Source of the DNA: an uncultured Pseudomonadales bacterium
GTDB taxonomy: Bacteria > Patescibacteriota > Microgenomatia > UBA1400 > PJMF01
NCBI GenBank assembly: GCA_964521215.1
Contig: CAZFRD010000003.1
Span: 425 to 64,424 of the forward strand
DNA length: 64,000 bases
Direction: 5' to 3'
This document shows, in pieces, positions 19,181-28,715 of this stretch. Position 1 is the stretch's first letter; the number at the start of each line of letters is the position of its first letter. The position numbers were made by a program, and so were the translations under genes. The notes under the pieces were generated by a model. It was not told where the DNA came from. It saw only the letters and a list, made by a program, of their open reading frames with translations, and searched no databases.

Positions 19181-19285
19181 ATGACAAAAAAAAGACGAGA
19201 GAGAATTATCCAAATCTTTGCACTACTAGCAATTATCGCCATGGTGGCCAGTCTTCTAGGCAGTAGTTTACTGGCGTTGATTTAA
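19181..19285 (+). CDS. possible 34-aa membrane peptide (MTKKRRERIIQIFALLAIIAMVASLLGSSLLALI)
   Basis: Hand-translated ATG..TAA ORF in the tyrS-recG intergenic region. Basic N-terminus followed by one hydrophobic helix. Confidence 0.2.
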   Translation: MTKKRRERIIQIFALLAIIAMVASLLGSSLLALI

Positions 19286-19309
19286 CCCAGTTCATGATAG
19301 GATGATGCC

Positions 19310-21328
19310 GTGTATAACCTCAACACGAACCTAAGTGACGTCCGTGGCGTGGGAATGGCGCTAGAAAAAAAACTAGCTCAGCACAACATTTTCACCGTTA
19401 AAGACTTCTTACTTCAGCTACCACTGCGTTACGAAGATCGCCGGTTGATTTTGGCAGTCACTGACTTACAACGAAGTGGGGTAGACAGTACCACTCCCAT
19501 TACCGTGATCGCGAAGGTGAAACAAAGTTCGCAACAGTGGCGAGGCAGGATGAGCATCCAACGAGCGACAATTTTTGATGCTACAGGATCTGTCAAAGTC
19601 ACTTGGTTCAATTGCCCATTCATCATTCAAACATTAAAAAGTAGTGGCGAATTTTACTTCAGTGGCACTTGGAACCAACAATACCAGACGCTACAACAGC
19701 CTACGGTGGAAAAAGTCTCCGTCCAAACCGCTATTCATACCGCCCGGCTAGTCCCCATGTATTCGTCCACTACCGGAGTCTCTTCTGGGTGGATGCGGCG
19801 ACTTTTGACTAACCTTTTTGAACATTTGCAAATTGACGATCCGCTTGAGCAGTTGACACAGCCAGAATTGTCTCTACTGGCCGCCTTGCGGCAACTACAT
19901 TTTCCAGGAGAACCAGATGTAGTAGTTGCCGCCAGACAAAGAATTGCCCTCGAAGAACTACTGAGTTTAATGCAACAAGCTGACCAGCAAAAACAACAGT
20001 GGTCCAAAGAAAAACCAGTATCAAAGCTGGGTCAATCGATCATTGATAAACATCTACCAGCGCTAATCAACCAGTTACCTTTTAATCTCACTACTGGCCA
20101 GCAACAAGCTTTACAAGAAATTCTGGGGGACTTAACCCAGGCTCAACCAATGAACCGCCTGCTCCAAGGAGATGTGGGTTCCGGCAAAACCGTAATTGCT
20201 CTCTTAGCTGCTCAACTCTGCCTAGCGGGTGGAACGAACGTCTGCCTGCTGGCTCCCACTCGGATTTTGGCTCAACAACATCTGGCAACGACTCAGAACT
20301 TGTTTCCCCAGCTATCGTGCGAATTGATCATTGGGGGCACCAAGTCACTGGCAAAACCAACTCAGTCGGATCCCAAGCTGTATATTGGCACTCATGCTTT
20401 AGTTAACCAACTAACCACACTAAAACCTGGTTTAGTTATTTACGACGAACAACAGCGGTTTGGGGTAGTACAAAGAAGCAACCAACCGGCTACTAAAGCA
20501 AGTCGGACCAAGCAACCACATGTTTTGACGATGTCGGCCACGCCTATTCCTCGGAGTCTGATGTTGACGGTCTTTGCTCACCTGGAATTATCGACTATCG
20601 GTGAGATGCCCAAACAAAGAAAGCCGACTATTACTTGGTATATACCTGAGTCAAAACGTCAGGGTGCCTATACTTGGTTGGCTGAGTCAATCCAGCAACC
20701 AGATACTATGGCGTTAGTTGTTTGTCCATTTATTGATCCCTCTGAAACCGAAGCGCTGGAAAATGTAGCGGCGGCGAAAGAGATGTACCAAAAAATCGTG
20801 GCTCAGTTACCCAAAGCAACTCGAGTGGCTTTGCTTCATGGAAAACAGAGTAAGGTTGAACAGAATTCTGTGATTGAGTCGGCTTTTGCTGGCAAGATCG
20901 ACGTGATTGTCAGTACGCCGATTGTGGAAGTAGGCGTGGATTTACCCCAGGCCTCAATTATGATCATCGAGGCGGCTGAGCGATTTGGCATGGCCAGCTT
21001 GCATCAACTGCGGGGGAGAGTGGGGCGGAGAGGCCAACAAGGTTATTGTTTGGTATTTTCTGGTTCAACTGACCCCAAAGCTAGAGAGCGACTGAAAGTT
21101 TTTGCCCAAACTCAAGATGGGCAACAAATTGCCGAACTGGATTTGGCCAACCGTGGCGCGGGCAATTTGTTTGGGGTGGAACAACATGGCTTTGACCAAT
21201 TACGCTTTGCCAGTTGGGCGGATACCAAGCTGATCACCCAAGCTCAAAAGCTTTTCAAGGAACTACCCAAGCCTTGGCAAAGCCAGCTTTTCACCGATAA
21301 ACCCACCAATAGCGTTGCCGCTAACTAA
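19310..21328 (+). CDS. recG: ATP-dependent DNA helicase RecG
   Basis: N-terminal wedge region with RYEDR. Walker A GDVGSGKT and helicase motifs, in a 672-aa protein. Confidence 0.85.
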   Translation: MYNLNTNLSDVRGVGMALEKKLAQHNIFTVKDFLLQLPLRYEDRRLILAVTDLQRSGVDSTTPITVIAKVKQSSQQWRGRMSIQRATIFDATGSVKVTWFNCPFIIQTLKSSGEFYFSGTWNQQYQTLQQPTVEKVSVQTAIHTARLVPMYSSTTGVSSGWMRRLLTNLFEHLQIDDPLEQLTQPELSLLAALRQLHFPGEPDVVVAARQRIALEELLSLMQQADQQKQQWSKEKPVSKLGQSIIDKHLPALINQLPFNLTTGQQQALQEILGDLTQAQPMNRLLQGDVGSGKTVIALLAAQLCLAGGTNVCLLAPTRILAQQHLATTQNLFPQLSCELIIGGTKSLAKPTQSDPKLYIGTHALVNQLTTLKPGLVIYDEQQRFGVVQRSNQPATKASRTKQPHVLTMSATPIPRSLMLTVFAHLELSTIGEMPKQRKPTITWYIPESKRQGAYTWLAESIQQPDTMALVVCPFIDPSETEALENVAAAKEMYQKIVAQLPKATRVALLHGKQSKVEQNSVIESAFAGKIDVIVSTPIVEVGVDLPQASIMIIEAAERFGMASLHQLRGRVGRRGQQGYCLVFSGSTDPKARERLKVFAQTQDGQQIAELDLANRGAGNLFGVEQHGFDQLRFASWADTKLITQAQKLFKELPKPWQSQLFTDKPTNSVAAN

Positions 21329-21362
21329 CTCCAGCTGATCTACTCTGATATAATAGATCAAT

Positions 21363-21881
21363 ATGGGACCAGCAGTAAAAGAAACACCAAGTGTTCTTCC
21401 AGTCGGGGTTGAAGTTGATAAAGTTGAAACCGATCCTCTCGCAGAAAAAGTAATCAAATTGCTCAACAGAAGAGACAAGAGACTAATAGCACTTACCGAG
21501 AGCAAAATTATTGAGTTCCCTAAAAAAAGAAATGCCACTGCAACTCTTTTTGAAATTTATGCGCTTTTTATTCGGAAAATGAGAAGAATATATTCAAGGT
21601 TTTATCCCGATGGACCAAAAGGAGTTATGCTGGCAGTAGATTATCGGTTAGGTATGCTTAACCCAGAAAGACAAGCAAGGCACTCGAGTATAACAAAATT
21701 GAATCACCCTAACAGTAAACTAAATCGGGAAATGAAAGATATCATCAGAGCAATGCTGGCAGATGAAAAAATATTGAATATACTACGAAAATTGAATGGC
21801 GGAACCTTAACTATTGACCCTGAACCAGAGAATATCAAATTCTTAAGTATCTTGGCTGAATGCTTAAAAAGAACTAATTAA
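21363..21881 (+). CDS. hypothetical protein (low-GC island)
   Basis: 172-aa ORF with no family recognised. Confidence 0.4.
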   Translation: MGPAVKETPSVLPVGVEVDKVETDPLAEKVIKLLNRRDKRLIALTESKIIEFPKKRNATATLFEIYALFIRKMRRIYSRFYPDGPKGVMLAVDYRLGMLNPERQARHSSITKLNHPNSKLNREMKDIIRAMLADEKILNILRKLNGGTLTIDPEPENIKFLSILAECLKRTN

Positions 21882-21885
21882 CTGA

Positions 21886-22275
21886 TTGATTGCAGTCAAA
21901 AGAAAGTTGAAAGTTATGCCTCAAGAAATAATAAATTACTCAAGGTTGTCTCTCGTGAGTCTAGAATCGATTATTCAGACATTATCCGAAGCTGACTTTA
22001 ATCGAATCAAGCACAGAAGCGATCCATTTAACGATATGATATTTTCTCAGCGTTTTAAAAATCAGCTTGCACTGAGATTAAAAGAAACAGGTCTTAAACA
22101 AAACTATTTTGAACGACTAATTGTTGATAATCGCCTGTTCAGTCCTGATTTATTAAATGGCGTGACTTTTCCCGGCACATATCTTTATTTATTCGTATGC
22201 TACGCCATTACCAGTCCGAAAATTAGTTTTGTTGATTTGAAAAATTTACTAACAACAATAAAAAATGCAACGTGA
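21886..22275 (+). CDS. hypothetical protein (low-GC island)
   Basis: 129-aa ORF immediately downstream of the previous ORF. Confidence 0.4.
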   Translation: MIAVKRKLKVMPQEIINYSRLSLVSLESIIQTLSEADFNRIKHRSDPFNDMIFSQRFKNQLALRLKETGLKQNYFERLIVDNRLFSPDLLNGVTFPGTYLYLFVCYAITSPKISFVDLKNLLTTIKNAT

Positions 22276-22706
22276 TTGGATGATTTTTATAACGAGCTGG
22301 CTGATCAAATGTGGCTTTTGCTCGTAAAAAGAGGTTGGGCACCCCAGCCACTTTATTGATCTGTTACTCTATTATTGGATAAACCCAACGTGACGTGAGC
22401 TAATCAGTCGACCTAGATTGACTAGTTGTCAATTACTACCCATAGTTGGATTTGCTATTTGAAGCACCTCATTAAATAATGTTAATTTGGGTGTCTGCTG
22501 TGCCACAGCTTCAAAAAGAATATTTGTCCAAAAAGTGGTGGGAGTGTCATTCGGGACCACTAGTCAGCTATGGAGAGCGTAACTCCCTTAAGCTGTTACC
22601 CCACTTAGCAAGCTTAATTCCAACAAGCCATTCTAGAACTCAAAAATTTAGTTGAGAATAGTTGTTAAAAAAAAATTTTTCAATCATTTAAGAAAAGAGC
22701 TACATT

Positions 22707-23087
22707 TTATGTTGAACTTAGTGCTGATTTCCTTTCAATGATAGACCGATATACTCCAAGAGTAGCAACTAACAACTCTGATAATTTTGATGCGCTTCTA
22801 GCTTGTGTCAGTACTGAGTCCCAAGTATTTGGTGCGAGATCGGTCCAAGTGATACTACCCATATAAATTCCCACGCTCATTGTTGCCCTCTGGATGTCTT
22901 CTTTATTCCACAAAACCTTCATTAAAATCTCTCTAAGATCATAATTGCTCATTTGAGGAATATCTTGAGGATTATTTGTGAGGTTAGTTAATGCCTCAAC
23001 TGCCTCGGCAATTTCACGTTCCACATCGTATTGTGGTACATCTTGTGTTCCATCATTTGTCTGATCAGGCCTAGCATCTTCTACCAT
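22707..23087 (-). CDS. hypothetical protein (low-GC island)
   Basis: 126-aa acidic ORF. Confidence 0.4.
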   Translation of the reverse strand: MVEDARPDQTNDGTQDVPQYDVEREIAEAVEALTNLTNNPQDIPQMSNYDLREILMKVLWNKEDIQRATMSVGIYMGSITWTDLAPNTWDSVLTQARSASKLSELLVATLGVYRSIIERKSALSST

Positions 23088-23363
23088 ATAATCCTTTTAT
23101 AATATTTACTACAATCTGACCATTTATTATATCTATTGCATCGAATCACGCAACCCTTGCGCAACCTTGACAAGGCAGGTACAATCAACAGCTTATGGGA
23201 GCACTACCTAAGAACAAAATCACCAGAGCCGAGCGCGGCAAACGCCGCCGAGGCAACGCACCAAAACTCGTCAAGGACGTTCATACAGTCAAAACACCTC
23301 TCCACAAGAGAGGTTTGTTAGCCAGTATCCTACGGCACACCAACTTCACTAAGCCGTAACTGC

Positions 23364-23738
23364 ATGTCAGAACACCAAGGTAATCGCCGAATTCAGTTAC
23401 TACAACGATTATTTGCGTTTACCTTCACTCCAGCGCAGTTCGAACGTGGTCTACTTGAGTTTGAAAAATCAAGCTACTTTGGGTTGTTACTACGAAATTT
23501 AGACAAGATCGACCAACGCATCGCCGCTTCCGCCACCGAAAGGCCGCTCAGCGAAGTCAATAAAATCGATCTAGCCATCCTGCGCCTGATTGTGTTTGAA
23601 TCAGAGCAGAAACAAACCCCGCCCAAGGTGCTAATCAACGAAGCCGTCGAACTCGCCAAACAGTTTGGTTCGGAAAATTCATCCAAATTTGTTAATGGTG
23701 TTCTTGGTAAACTATTAGTAGTAGAATCTGAAACATAG
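23364..23738 (+). CDS. nusB: transcription antitermination factor NusB
   Basis: [11 protein letters not shown] and [10 protein letters not shown] motifs in a 124-aa protein. Confidence 0.8.
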   Translation: MSEHQGNRRIQLLQRLFAFTFTPAQFERGLLEFEKSSYFGLLLRNLDKIDQRIAASATERPLSEVNKIDLAILRLIVFESEQKQTPPKVLINEAVELAKQFGSENSSKFVNGVLGKLLVVESET

Positions 23739-23740
23739 TC

Positions 23741-24010
23741 ATGTCAAATACCTATCACACCCCGCAACTAGCCGAGACCGTGACCACTCTCATTGCCCAA
23801 CACATCGGGAGCGAACCTCTCGCTGTAGAACTGCTAGCAGATCTAGAAGAAGATCTAGGCCTGTTAGATCAAGACATTAGTCAAATTTTAACCCTAATTA
23901 ACCGACAATACGAAGAGCTCCACCTCACTCTAAATGAGTTGGAAACCAACGAAGTTCATACCGTCGGTGATCTCATCCAGCTAATAGATGATGAGTTAGC
24001 TTACGCCTAA
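23741..24010 (+). CDS. acyl-carrier-protein-like four-helix protein lacking the phosphopantetheine Ser
   Basis: TTLIAQHIG...EDLGLLDQDISQILTLINRQYEEL aligns with ACP ..EQLG...[21 protein letters not shown], but the DSL serine is replaced by D/Q. It sits immediately upstream of rnc, where acpP sits in many bacteria. Confidence 0.45.
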   Translation: MSNTYHTPQLAETVTTLIAQHIGSEPLAVELLADLEEDLGLLDQDISQILTLINRQYEELHLTLNELETNEVHTVGDLIQLIDDELAYA

Positions 24011-24016
24011 TCTTTT

Positions 24017-24703
24017 ATGTTACCAGTTTTCCGCAATTCTCAACTCCTCACAACTGCCCTCACTCACCGAAGCGCCCTCAACGAAAAAGGCGGTGCCAAA
24101 AAATCCCAATCTTATGAGCGTTTGGAGTACCTCGGCGATGCGGTACTCGAGCTGGCAGTCAGTGAATTTGTCTTTCAACAATTCCCCAAAGAACCAGAAG
24201 GAGTACTCACCAGTTACCGGAGTGCTTTAGTCAAAACTGAAACTTTGGCCAAAATTTCCATTCAGTTGGGTCTGGGTGAAAAACTTTTCATGAGTCGGGG
24301 TGAAGCACAAACTGGTGGTAGAAGCAACAAAGGCATCCTAGCCGATGTTTTTGAAGCAGTCGTCGGAGCGCTCTACTTGGACCAGGGCTTTCCCGCAGTC
24401 GTGCAATTTCTCGAAGCCGTGCTGTTTCCTGAATTCGCTACCATTATGCAAACCAAAAGCTACCAAGATGCCAAAAGTTTGCTCCAAGAAAAAGTACAAG
24501 CTTCTGGTTTGCCCGCACCAACTTATCATCTGGTCAGCGCCGTCGGACCAGATCACTCCAAACAATTTACCATTGAAGTCCTGATCCAAGGCGTTTCGGC
24601 CGCCACCGGTACCGGCCCAAGCAAACAACAGGCTCAACAGCAGGCCGCCCAAACTGCACTTGAGCAGTTTAACCAAGACTTGTATAATCCGTCGTCTAAC
24701 TAA
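24017..24703 (+). CDS. rnc: ribonuclease III
   Basis: Signature ERLEYLGDAVLE and a C-terminal dsRBD. Confidence 0.9.
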   Translation: MLPVFRNSQLLTTALTHRSALNEKGGAKKSQSYERLEYLGDAVLELAVSEFVFQQFPKEPEGVLTSYRSALVKTETLAKISIQLGLGEKLFMSRGEAQTGGRSNKGILADVFEAVVGALYLDQGFPAVVQFLEAVLFPEFATIMQTKSYQDAKSLLQEKVQASGLPAPTYHLVSAVGPDHSKQFTIEVLIQGVSAATGTGPSKQQAQQQAAQTALEQFNQDLYNPSSN

Positions 24704-24718
24704 AACAAAGGGAACATT

Positions 24719-25159
24719 ATGTTAAAAATTAAATTAGCTCGCTTTGGCAAAAAAAACCAACCGCATTACCGGATTGTCGTCAACGAAGCCAAAAGCAAAC
24801 GTGATGGCGAATACGTGGCTAAATTGGGAGAGTATGCGCCAACCTTTAGTCCAAAAATTTTAAAGTTTGATTTAGTGGCGTATGAGCAGTGGCTCACCAA
24901 AGGTGCTCAGCCCACCGAAACCGTTGCCTCGCTGGCCAAAAGAGCAGCCAGCGAGAATCCTTTTCCTGCCAAAAAAGCTCGAGCTTCAAAAAAATCTCAA
25001 ACCAAAAAGGCCGAACCAGCCAAAACCGAAGTAGTGGAACCAAAAACCGAGGTAGTGGAACCAAAAGCTGAGGCAGTGGAAACCACCACAGAAGTGACTG
25101 AACCTGTAGCTGAAGTGGTCGAACCAACGGCCGAAGTAACAGAAAAGGAAACAGCATGA
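24719..25159 (+). CDS. rpsP: 30S ribosomal protein S16 with C-terminal repeat extension
   Basis: MLKIKLARFGKKNQPHYRIVV. The C-terminal region carries the tandem repeat KTEVVEP/KAEAVE. Confidence 0.9.
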   Translation: MLKIKLARFGKKNQPHYRIVVNEAKSKRDGEYVAKLGEYAPTFSPKILKFDLVAYEQWLTKGAQPTETVASLAKRAASENPFPAKKARASKKSQTKKAEPAKTEVVEPKTEVVEPKAEAVETTTEVTEPVAEVVEPTAEVTEKETA

Positions 25160-25407
25160 AAAATCTAATTGAATTTATCCTCATTCACCTCGTGGATCAC
25201 CCCGAAGATGTAGTGATAGATGAAACCAAGGGTGAGCAAGAAACGACATATTTAATTCACGTCCACGCCGAAGACATTGGCCGGGTCATTGGCAAAGGTG
25301 GGAGCGTGATCCAAGCCATTCGTCAAATTGCCAGAGTAAGAGCCACCAAAGAAGGTGAGCGAGTCCGCATCGATGTCTTCACCGAAGACAAACCAGAAAC
25401 AAACTAA
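25156..25407 (+). CDS. KH-domain RNA-binding protein (YlqC/UPF0109-like)
   Basis: VIGKGGSVIQAIRQIARV GXXG loop. Follows rpsP as in many bacteria. Confidence 0.75.
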   Translation: MKNLIEFILIHLVDHPEDVVIDETKGEQETTYLIHVHAEDIGRVIGKGGSVIQAIRQIARVRATKEGERVRIDVFTEDKPETN

Positions 25408-25431
25408 TTATTTTTCTGAAATTTCAACTGG

Positions 25432-26217
25432 TCACAGACCCTTCAGTGGATCAACCCCAAAGATGTCCTCAGAGCCTCCGCCTGTAATTTCTCTTTGCTC
25501 GGGTAGGGGAATGGTCAAAAACTCAGCTAACTTAGCTAACACCACATTGTTTTCCTGACTTAGTTGAGGTAGGGGAGCGGTGAGCGCCTGCTGAACATTA
25601 GGATTATAGAAGAACGTTTTGGTCTCAAGATCCACTTGCAAAATTTCTGGTTCGTTGGGATTATCTGCAGTCGAGGCGACAGAATCGCCACCAGCAATTT
25701 CAAAAGCGGTAATAGTGGTGAACGGCGCCACTTTCTCCAGCAAATCCATAAATAAACTGACTTTCTCAAAGTCCCCCTTAATCGTAAATTCTAAGGGCAT
25801 ACTATCCGCTAGATTTTTTTTGTTGGAACTGATTTTGCCACTACCGGTAGCTAGTAAGCCGGGATTGGTTTTCAAGTCATACAACTCAACCTCGGAGGCA
25901 CGCTTCACTTGGTCCAAACTGGTGAGCACCTCAAGTAGGGGCTTGTTGTTGGGCAAAGTCAGTTGCACCAAATCGTTATTGGTAAAATATTCAACTTGAA
26001 TCAAATCCTCACTCAACTGCTTGGCTTTGGTCTTAAGTTTTTTCACTTCTTCGTTTTTCTTCGTGAGAGCCGATTTGGTTTCTAGAATATGTGTAATCTG
26101 CGGGTAAATAATCACTACCGACAACACAATTGAAGCTACAAAAATCAAAATTGAACCACTAAATAAGGTTCGGCGTTTGGCTTGATTAATTAGTAGATTA
26201 GCGTTTTGCACTGGCAT
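25432..26217 (-). CDS. type IV pilus assembly protein PilO-like
   Basis: Single N-terminal TM segment plus coiled coil. Last gene of the pilM-pilN-pilO-like operon. Confidence 0.5.
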   Translation of the reverse strand: MPVQNANLLINQAKRRTLFSGSILIFVASIVLSVVIIYPQITHILETKSALTKKNEEVKKLKTKAKQLSEDLIQVEYFTNNDLVQLTLPNNKPLLEVLTSLDQVKRASEVELYDLKTNPGLLATGSGKISSNKKNLADSMPLEFTIKGDFEKVSLFMDLLEKVAPFTTITAFEIAGGDSVASTADNPNEPEILQVDLETKTFFYNPNVQQALTAPLPQLSQENNVVLAKLAEFLTIPLPEQREITGGGSEDIFGVDPLKGL

Positions 26218-26220
26218 AAA

Positions 26221-26826
26221 TTATTCAAGCTCATCAATAATGGTATCTTGAGTTTTGGACTCGGGCGTAGGGGTGGGAGAAACAATTTGCAGGTTCACAC
26301 TAATACTCATATCGTAATTACCAGTTTCGGTGCGAGAAACATTTTCTTTCACAATATCTTTGTAGTCGGTGCGGAGTTGCGGGTCGTCTAGTTGAGCCAC
26401 CACTCTTTCCAGCACAAAAACGGAGGCGGTCTTCAAACGAAACTCTAGGTCATTACTATCCTCAGCGTAATTCAGACCGGTAATCGAGACGCCAGACTCG
26501 AATAGTGAACGAAATTTCTTTAGCGCTTGCTGTTTGGCTTGCCGGTTTTGAAACAACTCGGACAGCACATTCACTTTAGAAACGTAGCCCACGTAAGCCA
26601 GCTCTTGAGCTTTCAAAGACTCCAATTGCGCTAACACTTTTTTCTCTTCGTTCTTCACCACTGCCAAAGCCACATCAAAACTCAACCTTGCCAGCACGCT
26701 GGCGGTTGTTACAGCAACAGCAATAATACCCACGACGACAGCTTTTTTGAATAATGATCGATCCTGCGCCTGTTCTTTGGAACGTTGCTTGGTGAGATGG
26801 TAGGCAAAATTAATTGAAAATGGCAT
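26221..26826 (-). CDS. type IV pilus assembly protein PilN-like
   Basis: Short cytoplasmic N-terminus, one TM segment, periplasmic coiled coil. Immediately downstream of pilM. Confidence 0.55.
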   Translation of the reverse strand: MPFSINFAYHLTKQRSKEQAQDRSLFKKAVVVGIIAVAVTTASVLARLSFDVALAVVKNEEKKVLAQLESLKAQELAYVGYVSKVNVLSELFQNRQAKQQALKKFRSLFESGVSITGLNYAEDSNDLEFRLKTASVFVLERVVAQLDDPQLRTDYKDIVKENVSRTETGNYDMSISVNLQIVSPTPTPESKTQDTIIDELE

Positions 26827-26835
26827 GAGCTAAAA

Positions 26836-27840
26836 TTAATCTTCGCATTGCAGTAATCCCATCGCTACAGCAAAACTGGGAGGATTGGAAGCATTTTCTA
26901 CAGTTTTGGCGGCACCAAAGGGAGAGGAGACCAAAACCTCGGTGCCCAATTCGGCACTCACTAAGGCTGCAAAGTTGCGCAAAGATGCCACTCCACCAGA
27001 AAGGATAATGCGCTGAACAGATGCCCCCGTATGTTCATTAGCATAGTACTGCATGGCGATTCTCATTTCTCTCAACCATTCTCTGGCTTGGGGCAATAAG
27101 ATTTCCCGGACCTTGCCCTCAAACTGTGATTCATCCAAACCATAAGCCCGCACATACTGTTCTGTCTGACCTGCCTCCAAATTGAGAGTCGTTTGCAACA
27201 CTCTGGTAAGCAATAAACCGCCACCCATATGGGAAACCACAAAATTCAGACGCCCCGCAGTGACAACTTGCAAAATTAATTCGCTCGCTCCCAAGTGAGC
27301 GATTAAAGTCACGGGGTCCGATTCCGCGACACCAATATTGCGGTAAATAGAAACTGCCTGAGTTTCCACCAAGGTTGGTTCCACGCCAATATTTTGGAAT
27401 AAAGAAATATATCGCTCGACTACTTGCTTGCGCACACCCACCAAAAGTACCTGCATCGTCGTATCTTGTTTGTTCTGAGGTCGAGCGATGACTTGGTATT
27501 GCAACGACAGCTCTTCTTTGGGAATAGGAATATGTCGTTCGGCCTGCCATTGAATTGCCGAGGCCAGTTCCGAATCGGAGAGTGGGGGGATAGAAATAAC
27601 TTTGGTCGCCACCACCGATTCTGGCAAGGAAAGCCGCAGCTGAGCTTTGGGCAAGGCATAATCTTGCCAAAGGGTAGTCATCATCTGGCGCATTTGCTCC
27701 ACTTGCGCATCATCAGCGGGAGCTGCCAAACCCGTGGGATTGAGCACTTCAAAAGCCTTATCCACCTTGGCAGATTTACCAGGCTTACCAATCAAAACTT
27801 TGATACTGTATGATCCAAGATCAAGAGCGAGTGTGGGCAT
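26836..27840 (-). CDS. pilM: type IV pilus assembly protein PilM (actin-like ATPase)
   Basis: LALDLGSYSIKVLIG ASKHA-fold start. 334-aa protein. Confidence 0.8.
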   Translation of the reverse strand: MPTLALDLGSYSIKVLIGKPGKSAKVDKAFEVLNPTGLAAPADDAQVEQMRQMMTTLWQDYALPKAQLRLSLPESVVATKVISIPPLSDSELASAIQWQAERHIPIPKEELSLQYQVIARPQNKQDTTMQVLLVGVRKQVVERYISLFQNIGVEPTLVETQAVSIYRNIGVAESDPVTLIAHLGASELILQVVTAGRLNFVVSHMGGGLLLTRVLQTTLNLEAGQTEQYVRAYGLDESQFEGKVREILLPQAREWLREMRIAMQYYANEHTGASVQRIILSGGVASLRNFAALVSAELGTEVLVSSPFGAAKTVENASNPPSFAVAMGLLQCED

Positions 27841-27873
27841 AGGGCAGTACTTTTACTTTATAAATGACTATTA

Positions 27874-28689
27874 CTATGGTTTAGTGATGGTCGTTCCACT
27901 ATATAAGGCATAATCCAAAAAGGGCGGGGGTTGTAGATCACTGGTAGTCACTTGGACGACTCGAGTTTCTTCGTCTTCACCCAAGGCGTTTTGAGCATTG
28001 GCGGTGATGGCATATTGTTGGCCGCTTGCTCCCTCAACATAAAGATTGGTTGAGTTATAGACTGGTATCACTCGGAGGAATAAATCGTCAGCGTCAACAT
28101 CATAGGTAAATTTGCTTTTTCTGCCATCGCTCCCAGCATCGAATGTAGGTTCAAAACCATCATTATGTGTCAATCCACAACCTTTGGCAGATTGGCCAAA
28201 ATATTCAACTTTGGTTTCACCATCATCATAATAGCGAGAGATCAATAAAGACGCTTCGGTATCACATGTCCCAGCCTCTTCCCCCCATTCAAGGACAACT
28301 GATCCACTTGTTGGTAAATTTACCTGGTAGGTTTCGCCTTCATCCAGTGGTTGAGTAAATTCAGTCGCCTGTGCCACTGATACTTGAACCGTCGAGTCAT
28401 TGAGGACACTACTCGATCCAGTAAGTGGCGCTGGGACACCAGCTCTTAATGCAGTGAGCACTTCGGTCAGCACTTGTTCGGCTCCAGACTGGGCAGCCGA
28501 AAAAACCTTGGTGGTTTCCGCCTGCTTGCTCGTCAGCGCTACATCTTCTGCCGTCCGTTGGGCCAAAGAGACTGCAATCACCATGGTTATACCCATGATC
28601 AACAAAACCATTAAGGCAATCTGTCCAGATTGTCGGTGTAAGTGATGAGACATGCGATCATAATACCGCATTAATTGGGTTGTCTGCAA
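27874..28689 (-). CDS. pseudopilin-like protein without Glu5 (ComGG/PilX-like), secreted
   Basis: Leader MQTT..HRQSG followed by QIALMVLLIMGITMVIAVSL, with no Glu at +5. Sits upstream of pilM in the same operon. Confidence 0.35.
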   Translation of the reverse strand: MQTTQLMRYYDRMSHHLHRQSGQIALMVLLIMGITMVIAVSLAQRTAEDVALTSKQAETTKVFSAAQSGAEQVLTEVLTALRAGVPAPLTGSSSVLNDSTVQVSVAQATEFTQPLDEGETYQVNLPTSGSVVLEWGEEAGTCDTEASLLISRYYDDGETKVEYFGQSAKGCGLTHNDGFEPTFDAGSDGRKSKFTYDVDADDLFLRVIPVYNSTNLYVEGASGQQYAITANAQNALGEDEETRVVQVTTSDLQPPPFLDYALYSGTTITKP

Positions 28690-28715
28690 GCTGTGATTTT
28701 GAAAGATTTTGAAGG

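Noticed and set aside
27131-27670. 179-aa minus-strand ORF and several other long antisense or alternative-frame ORFs inside pilM, the pilD region (39904..40410), the giant protein (35227..35580) and rpsP (24894..25184)
   Set aside because: These are shadow ORFs inside well-supported conserved genes. They are Arg/Cys/Trp-rich low-complexity translations typical of wrong-frame reads of coding DNA.
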